A DNA stretch of 64,000 bases from Candidatus Poseidoniaceae archaeon (GTDB lineage: Archaea > Thermoplasmatota > Poseidoniia > Poseidoniales > Poseidoniaceae): contig CASIBY010000001.1 in the NCBI GenBank assembly GCA_949373095.1, forward strand, positions 1,467-65,466, in the 5' to 3' direction. Under the pieces are notes generated by a model. It was not told where the DNA came from and made no database searches. It saw nothing but the letters and a program-made list of their open reading frames with translations. This document shows positions 59,880 to 64,000 of this stretch, one piece after another (position 1 is the first letter of the stretch; every line of letters begins with the position of its first letter). Both the position numbers and the translations under genes were made by a program.

Positions 59880-60347
59880 TCAGTTGCCTCCACTGACCTT
59901 TGAAATGTCTCCAAGAATCTTAGCAACGTGGCGGCGGGGCCTGAACAGCCAATCGTAGACATAGTGAATGGTGTTATCAGGCCCGATCAGGAACGATGAC
60001 TTGGCAGGGAATTGGCCGAGATGCATTGGTACATTGTACATCGTCCCCACGACTCTTTCAGGATCTGCCAGTAAGGGGAAGGGTAGGTCGCCGAGTTCGA
60101 GTTTGAACGATGCTTGCTCTTCAACAGTGCCTGGACCAATACCAACGATTGAACATCCAGCGGACTGGAACAAGTCGTGTTGTTGTTTGAACGTGAGACA
60201 CCCTCTTTTACAGGTGGGTGAATTGTGTCTTGAGTAGAAAAAGACGACGCGCCATGTCCCGTTGAGGGAGGCGCTATCAAAAAGTTCCCCAGTGTCCGTT
60301 TCAAGTTTAAACTGGGGTGCAGGTTGGCCAACGAGATTTATTTTCAT
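59880..60347 (-). CDS. Peroxiredoxin (BCP/PrxQ-like), atypical active site
   Basis: GQPAPQF, VFFY..NSPTCKRGC and PFPLLADP motifs. Confidence 0.85.
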   Translation of the reverse strand: MKINLVGQPAPQFKLETDTGELFDSASLNGTWRVVFFYSRHNSPTCKRGCLTFKQQHDLFQSAGCSIVGIGPGTVEEQASFKLELGDLPFPLLADPERVVGTMYNVPMHLGQFPAKSSFLIGPDNTIHYVYDWLFRPRRHVAKILGDISKVSGGN

Positions 60348-60356
60348 GAGAATTCC

Positions 60357-60968
60357 TCAGACCGGTAGGATGTGGCCCATTCGAGCCGCCTTGGTGAGCA
60401 GGTATGAACGATTCTGTGCGCAATGCCCTACAATGATCGGCACCCGAGACTTGACTTCGATGCCGTGGTCCATCAGTTGGGTTTTCTTATCGGGGTTGTT
60501 TGTTATCAATTCTACCGAAGTAACGCCCATGGAATAAAGCATCTCCGCAGCGAAATCGTAGCTTCGGCCATCGGCAGGTAGGCCGAGCGCCAAATTTGCA
60601 TCAAGTGTATCATATCCAACATCTTGTAAAGCATAGGCTTGCATTTTTGCGTAGAGGCCAATTCCTCTTCCTTCCTGGCGTAGGTAGACGATCGCTCCGC
60701 TTCCAGATTCCTGAACTGCCTTCATTGAGGCTTGAAGTTGTGGGCCACAGTCACACCGTAGCGACCCAAAAGCGTCGCCCGTCAAACACTCGGAGTGCAT
60801 GCGTACGAGAGGAGTTCCCTTGGATATGTCTCCCACATACAATATGGAATGTTCCTTACCGTCGCTGGGGTCCCTGAATGCGCGAATTCTGAACTCACCG
60901 TGTTCAGTGGGTAGGACAGCGTCCGCATCTGGTTGTGTGTCTAATGGCTGTACGTTGGTTCCGAGCAT
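60357..60968 (-). CDS. ribA: GTP cyclohydrolase II
   Basis: LPTEHGEF, VRMHSECLTGDAFGSLRCDCGPQL, QEGRGIGL, TNNPDK and YL.TK..RMGH motifs. Confidence 0.96.
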   Translation of the reverse strand: MLGTNVQPLDTQPDADAVLPTEHGEFRIRAFRDPSDGKEHSILYVGDISKGTPLVRMHSECLTGDAFGSLRCDCGPQLQASMKAVQESGSGAIVYLRQEGRGIGLYAKMQAYALQDVGYDTLDANLALGLPADGRSYDFAAEMLYSMGVTSVELITNNPDKKTQLMDHGIEVKSRVPIIVGHCAQNRSYLLTKAARMGHILPV

Positions 60969-61065
60969 GATAAAAAAATTCTTCATTTTTCCATATAAAC
61001 CCCTGTTCATATCCGCCCAAGGGTCTAAACGGTTCTTGATATACTGAGTGATAAGATTTGGACTC

Positions 61066-61569
61066 ATGGGGCGGTTAATGTGTGACTTAGGAGTCGCAGC
61101 GAGAGTTGTCCATGACAACAAAATTTTGTTGGTTCAAGAAGCAAGAGGTAGGTATTCGGGATGCTGGGGGCTTCCCAAAGGACATGTTGAAACGGGTGAA
61201 AGTCCTGAACAAGCTGTTCTGAGGGAACTTGTTGAAGAAACCGAACTCGAAGGAGTCGTCCTGGGACTTGCAGCTGTTCGCACAGCACTCAAGCGTGACG
61301 ACCCTGCGGTGTTCTTGTGCTATGATGTGTCTGGCAATACAACTACGATCATCGACAAGTCTGACGAAATCTCAGCCGCTGGCTGGTACTCTCTTACTGA
61401 ACTAAATCAACTCAATTGGGTCTCTGAGACCATGCAACAACTCGCTATCGACGGCTTGAGTCAACGAAAAACGATGGAAGCAACCAACGGCCTGACCTTG
61501 CGGAACACTCCTTATGCAGTATACCGGTCAAACCGAAATCTCAGTGCTAACACGGGGGTCACTCTATGA
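61066..61569 (+). CDS. NUDIX hydrolase
   Basis: WGLPKGHVETGESPEQAVLRELVEET Nudix box. Confidence 0.93.
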   Translation: MGRLMCDLGVAARVVHDNKILLVQEARGRYSGCWGLPKGHVETGESPEQAVLRELVEETELEGVVLGLAAVRTALKRDDPAVFLCYDVSGNTTTIIDKSDEISAAGWYSLTELNQLNWVSETMQQLAIDGLSQRKTMEATNGLTLRNTPYAVYRSNRNLSANTGVTL

Positions 61570-63110
61570 TTCCTCCAGGCAGACTCAACGTCCATGGAGC
61601 GTTAAACACAAACGGAAGTTTTGTCGTTTATTGGATGACATCAGCCCGTCGCGCACACTGGAACCATGCACTCGAACATGCAGTCGACTTGGCGAATCAG
61701 CACCAACAACCCCTTGTTGTGATAGAATGCCTTGCTCTCAACCATCGGTGGGCAAACGACCGTATCTCTACATTTGTCCTCCAGGGTATGATTGACAATA
61801 GGGCTGCTTTCGCCCAAACAGGAGTCACTTACATTCCATATGTTGAAACACGCCCCAAAGAAGCCTCAGGACTTCTCGAAGTTTGGCTGAAACAAGCAAC
61901 TGCATGCGTCATAGATGATTTCCCAACGTACTACCCGCGACATGTACTTGAAACGGCCCTTCAATTCAACACATGCGAACTTCACGTCGTTGACTCGAAT
62001 GGATTCATGGCCATGCGAGCCCAAGGCCGTGATTTCACCACAGCATATTCGCTTCGCCGTCACCTCCACAAAACTATTCTTGAACACATGTATGAATTCC
62101 CACTAGCCAACCCGCTGGACAATGCTCGTGACCTCCCTATGATCGATGCAACCCTCATAGAGGACATATTTGCCAAAAGCAACACTCCGCTCACTCCTTA
62201 CGAATACCTGTGGCGGGTTGCAGAGGGAGGAGATGTCGGGAAAAGTGCTCTATCAACCCTCAAAATAGACCATACCGTTCCTCCTGTTCTAACCAAAAAA
62301 GGTGGAAGTGTTGAAGCACGCCGACGATGGAAGACATTCCTCAGAGAGCGTCTTGTCAACTATAACGAGATGCGCAACCAACCACAGGAAAACGGTGCGA
62401 GCGGAATTTCGCCATGGCTTCATTTTGGCCATATCGGTGTTCATCAAATTATCAACGAAATTTTCACCGCATACAGATGGGATGTCTCGATGGTCACTCC
62501 GCCTAATGACGGACGACGAAACGGCTGGTGGGGGCTTCCAGAACCCGTTGAGGCGTTCCTTGACCAAATTATCACGTGGAGAGACATTGGATTCATTCAT
62601 TGTGCAATGATACCGAATCACACAGAATTCTCCTCTCTCCCTCAATGGGCCCAAACCACGCTTGCAGAACATGCAAACGACGAGCGTCCTTACGTTTACA
62701 CACTTGAACAATTTGAAGAAGCGAAAACTCACGACCCGCTCTGGAATGCAGCCCAGCAACAACTGAGGCAAGAGGGTATCATCCACAACTATCTGCGAAT
62801 GCTTTGGGGCAAAAAGATACTGGAATGGTCTCCCGACCCCCAAACCGCAATGAAATGGATGATCGCTCTCAACGATAGATGGGCCCTCGACGGCCGTGAC
62901 CCAAACTCATACACCGGTATCGGATGGGTGTTGGGCAAGTTTGACCGCGGCTGGACTGAGCGTGATGTCTTCGGAAAAATCCGTTGCATGACCAGCGCCT
63001 CAACCATGCGTAAATTCAAAACCAAGGCCTACATCGAAAAATACAGTCAAGGCAACACTCAACAAACTGTCCTGGGTTCAGGCCCCTCTCTTTACACCGC
63101 TCACCAATGA
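61566..63110 (+). CDS. phr: Deoxyribodipyrimidine photolyase (class II-like)
   Basis: VVYWM..ARR..WNHAL, SPWLHFGH, THDPLWNAAQ, IHNYLRMLWGKKILEW and LDGRDPNSY motifs. Confidence 0.93.
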   Translation: MIPPGRLNVHGALNTNGSFVVYWMTSARRAHWNHALEHAVDLANQHQQPLVVIECLALNHRWANDRISTFVLQGMIDNRAAFAQTGVTYIPYVETRPKEASGLLEVWLKQATACVIDDFPTYYPRHVLETALQFNTCELHVVDSNGFMAMRAQGRDFTTAYSLRRHLHKTILEHMYEFPLANPLDNARDLPMIDATLIEDIFAKSNTPLTPYEYLWRVAEGGDVGKSALSTLKIDHTVPPVLTKKGGSVEARRRWKTFLRERLVNYNEMRNQPQENGASGISPWLHFGHIGVHQIINEIFTAYRWDVSMVTPPNDGRRNGWWGLPEPVEAFLDQIITWRDIGFIHCAMIPNHTEFSSLPQWAQTTLAEHANDERPYVYTLEQFEEAKTHDPLWNAAQQQLRQEGIIHNYLRMLWGKKILEWSPDPQTAMKWMIALNDRWALDGRDPNSYTGIGWVLGKFDRGWTERDVFGKIRCMTSASTMRKFKTKAYIEKYSQGNTQQTVLGSGPSLYTAHQ

Positions 63111-63122
63111 GGACGATCCCAA

Positions 63123-64000
63123 ATGCCTACCTACGAACACATTGGCGAGTTTGAGATGCCTGTTGACCGAGTATGGCAGTGGTATGACAGCCCTGGGGCA
63201 TTCCGAAGAATCATGCCTGAATGGGAAGGAATCACTCCACTGCGAGCTGGAGCCCTCAAAGACGGGGAGGAAACCAAGTTCAAGGTCAGCATAGGGCCCA
63301 TCAAGCGGAAATGGATTGCTCGCCACCACGATGTAGTCGATGGAGAAGTCTTTCACGACCGGATGGTCAAAGGCCCCTTTGGTGCTTGGGAGCACGAACA
63401 TCGTTTTCTTCCGGTTGACGGTACATCTTCTAAGATTCACGACACGGTCCAGTGGAAATTACCTCTCCACATGTTGACATGGTGGACTGCTCCGTTCACG
63501 GTCAAGGGTCGAATGAACCAGATGTTCGCATATCGGACACAACGCGTACAATCTGATCTGTCTCGTATCGCCATGTTTGACCACATGCCTCGCCAAAAGG
63601 TGTTGGTCAGCGGATCAACTGGGCTTATTGGGATGCAACTTTGCGCATTTCTAGCAGCAGCAGGACACGAGATAACACGGCTCGTACGACCGACAACAAA
63701 CCTTCCTCCGGATGCTTCAAATGACGCAGTGATTGTTTGGGATGATGTCAAGGGAGCGATTATCGAAGGAGATCTGAACGGCTTTGACACAGTTATTCAC
63801 CTTGCAGGAGCAGGAATTGGCGACAAGCGTTGGAACAAACAACGGAAGGAACTTATTGAAACGAGCAGAACCGTTCCAACGAAAAATTTGGCCACGCTCC
63901 TTGCTGGCCTTAACCAACCGCCGAAGACCTTCCTCTCTGGCTCTGCTATCGGTTTTTACGGAAACCGAGGCGATGAAGAACTCACTGAATCTTCCGAAGG
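63123..64000 (+). CDS. SRPBCC domain + NAD-dependent epimerase (TIGR01777/YfcH-like) fusion, 3'-truncated by window edge
   Basis: Absent from the ORF track because it runs off the end. Manual translation from ATG 63123 gives FHDRMVKGPFGAWEHEHRF, VLVSGSTGLIG, VIHLAGAGI and SGSAIGFYGNRG. Confidence 0.9.
   Translation, partial: MPTYEHIGEFEMPVDRVWQWYDSPGAFRRIMPEWEGITPLRAGALKDGEETKFKVSIGPIKRKWIARHHDVVDGEVFHDRMVKGPFGAWEHEHRFLPVDGTSSKIHDTVQWKLPLHMLTWWTAPFTVKGRMNQMFAYRTQRVQSDLSRIAMFDHMPRQKVLVSGSTGLIGMQLCAFLAAAGHEITRLVRPTTNLPPDASNDAVIVWDDVKGAIIEGDLNGFDTVIHLAGAGIGDKRWNKQRKELIETSRTVPTKNLATLLAGLNQPPKTFLSGSAIGFYGNRGDEELTESSE

Noticed and set aside
59880..59895. Peroxiredoxin C-terminus ..SGGN as a JAB-cleavable GG tag
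   Set aside because: The protein has a thioredoxin fold, lies 39 kb from the E1-JAB operon, and the GG is plausibly chance.
1..64000. tRNA, rRNA, integrase, transposase or provirus
   Set aside because: I recognised no such motifs, and the intergenic gaps are short and mostly explained by promoters. tRNAscan-SE or Infernal would be needed to exclude these formally.

Overview
This is a gene-dense archaeal chromosomal segment. It is most likely from Marine Group II Thermoplasmatota (Ca. Poseidoniales), inferred from the gene repertoire: aIF-1A/RIO1/KH, archaeal uS2 and Taw2, plus bacterial-type UvrC, RibA, CrtB/CrtI, photolyase and many CARDB/PKD surface proteins. About 55 CDS are supportable, along with one well-formed box C/D sRNA candidate (8266-8329, minus strand). 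I saw no tRNA, rRNA, CRISPR array or IS element. Most notable: (1) a solo Cas4-type Fe-S nuclease split by an inserted four-helix membrane domain; (2) a compact ThiF/E1-like + JAB protease + small helical protein operon with no ubiquitin-like gene, plus a second orphan JAB; (3) a two-gene unit of a polytopic membrane protein and a SAP-TM-3x84-aa-repeat protein, upstream of a W-dependent AOR; (4) aIF-1A with a long eukaryote-like acidic tail; (5) a divergent light/oxidative-stress cluster (ribA-bcp-trmB-ABC1, crtI-crtB / nudix-photolyase); (6) a recurrent non-canonical TATA element (TTCAAG/TTGAAA) about 23 nt before start codons. Three single-base frameshifts may be sequencing errors. All family calls come from motif recognition, not database searches.
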